A stretch of DNA of 63,485 bases, counting the filler, from Collodictyon triciliatum (lineage: Eukaryota), in NCBI GenBank assembly GCA_043381765.1. It is 5 parts of 5 records of this genome, joined end to end, with 100 filler letters (N's around TTAATTAATTAA, not from the genome) between each part and the next. Parts side by side here need not be neighbours in the genome. Positions count along the whole stretch, not along the records: positions 50,880 to 63,485 come from JBHJMP010002139.1; 4 more parts are not named here. One strand, 5' to 3'. Within the stretch, counting starts at the first letter, position 1; the number at the start of each line of letters is the position of its first letter. Positions 61,677-63,485 of this stretch are shown one piece after another. A program made the translations under genes and the position numbers. Under the pieces are notes generated by a model. That model ran no database searches and was not told the origin of the DNA. It saw only the letters and a program-made list of their open reading frames with translations.

Positions 61677-63294
61677 CGTTATTATTATTATTATTATTAT
61701 TATCTACTCCAGTATTATGCATTTTAACTCAACCTTGAGGAAGACATAAAAAAACTGATGGACATAAAGGACAAAAAATGAACATCAAAGGACTCATTTA
61801 CCTAGGCAATATCGAATCTGTTTTTCATTTTTGGAGTTGTCTCTCCAGACTCAGATTTCTACGCTGTCATTGACGAGAATCACACGTTTGTCTATGCTAT
61901 ATACTAAAATCTTATTATTATTGCTAATTTTACTTTTTTTTTTTTAAAAAAAAACACTCACTTTGCAGATATTAATGCCTCAAATCATAATATGCAAAAT
62001 CTACGTCATCATTTTCGAACAGACATTGAAATAATCGCGCCATCAAATGTGCATAGAGAATATACATATGCATCCGTTGTCATCATTTGCGTCACCTTAG
62101 TGATGGGCTGCCTGATATCATACTTCATCACGAGGCCATTGCAGCAGCTCGAAATAGAAATGAACCGCCTTCAGCTGCTTGACTTCACCAGAGAGTAATT
62201 TTGGACACAAATTGAAGGAGAAAAATGCATCCAAATGAATGATGTTTTGCCATTAGATATACACGAAATCATGAATGCTATTGGTATATTTGGGCATGAT
62301 ATTTTATAAAGCATTAAACTTACTTTTGCATCTACAGAACTGCTGATATTGCCGCACGGGCGGACTCGTCTAGATTTTTCGCGCCTGTGAATCGAAAAGA
62401 CTCGTTTGGTATGGTAATGAATCGGGTCGAAATATATATGATAGTTTTACATACACGTATCTACCTGATAAGCGCATTCATGTTCATTATATCTACATAA
62501 TGAATATTCGCATTTGAACCAATTATGTATTGAACAGAGATGTCACCGTCTGCTCGGTATGTGCGATTATCGGAGGGGAATTTATCACGAATCAAAGAGG
62601 TATACACGCCTTTTTTTTTCTGCATTTAATTCGTGCTGACTGTTTTCATCCATTTTTCTTATATGTATATATACCTTTGATAATTAATTTTAAAATATAT
62701 ATCTTCGAATAGGTTCGTGTCATTCAGGAAAATTTTCTTTCATTGAAGAGGGGATTACATTCCTTCTCAAAGTATGTCCCAAGAGAAATTGTCACACACA
62801 TTTTATCATACGATGGAGAGGCGAGGCTTGGAGTGAAGCATGCTATGATGACAGTGTTTTTTAGTGATATTGGTATTGCATATTATACATATGATGAATC
62901 TCAAACATTGAAATTCTTCACAAGACACTGCTACTTTTTTTTTAATTACCTCCTCCCTTCGTTCTTTTTTTTTCTTTTCCCTTTTATTTGTTCGGAAAAT
63001 GATTCAGCAATGTCTCTGCATATCTAGAGAATTACACGGCTTTGGCAGAGTCCATGAATCCTTCTGCTCTGATCGAATTCCTTGGGCAATATTTTACAGG
63101 TTCGCACTTTACCGATGAAAGAACCGTGCAATACGCACGAAGTAACATTATGTCGTTTTTCTTTTCTTTTTTCCTATTCATGTGTGAGTATGCATCAATT
63201 GTACTGAAATGATATTCACTATGACTGTGTAACATTAAAGTTGTCACCGATGCGATATCCTCGAAAGGTGGTATGGTTGCGGAGTTTCTCGGAG
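58430..63294 (+). CDS. Membrane class III nucleotidyl cyclase (TM, extracellular sensor, TM, HAMP-like, cyclase); 3' truncated
   Basis: TM SVAIIVWILTIITTL; second TM then ITRPLQQLEIEMNRL, SRIKE|V..IQENF, KRGLHSFSKYVPREIV, ARLG...MTVFFSDI|ENYTALAE..P..LIEFLGQYF, GGMVAEFLG. Confidence 0.9.
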
Positions 63295-63485
63295 GTGAAA
63301 TCATTATTCATGTTATTGCATCTATGTATGCTTTTTCTGCATGTGTTTCATGCTCGCGACCTCATGTGGCGTCTGCTTTGGTTTTTCGTTTTGAACTATC
63401 ACCCTCTTTATCTTTTTTTTTTTGTATCTCTCTTTGTCTCTCTTTGTCTCTCTTTGTCTCTCTTTGTCTCTCTTTGTCTCTCTTT

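Overview
AT-rich, intron-dense eukaryotic DNA, probably from a protist (inference). It is not one locus. Four identical artificial spacers (N44-TTAATTAATTAA-N44) join five scaffolds of about 12.62 kb, so gene order across them is meaningless. Hand-splicing gives about 15 multi-exon genes. Scaffold 1: an apparent PLAC8-Patched/NPC1 fusion, a beta-carbonic anhydrase with a His-rich insert, and a coiled-coil protein. Scaffold 2: a gene 3' end, a TBC Rab-GAP and a two-domain FtsX/MacB-type permease. Scaffold 3: a SANT/Myb-like protein, Get3/ASNA1, a light-chain-only gamma-glutamyltranspeptidase, and a receptor with pseudokinase, degenerate cyclase and intact kinase domains. Scaffold 4: TMEM87-like, a five-PH-domain protein and a CatSper1-like channel. 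Scaffold 5: an RFC small subunit, an acylated low-complexity protein and a bacterial-type TM-HAMP class III cyclase. Many introns carry long microsatellites, which explain most spurious ORFs. No RNA genes, transposons or CRISPR arrays are supportable. All exon models are manual and unverified by transcripts.
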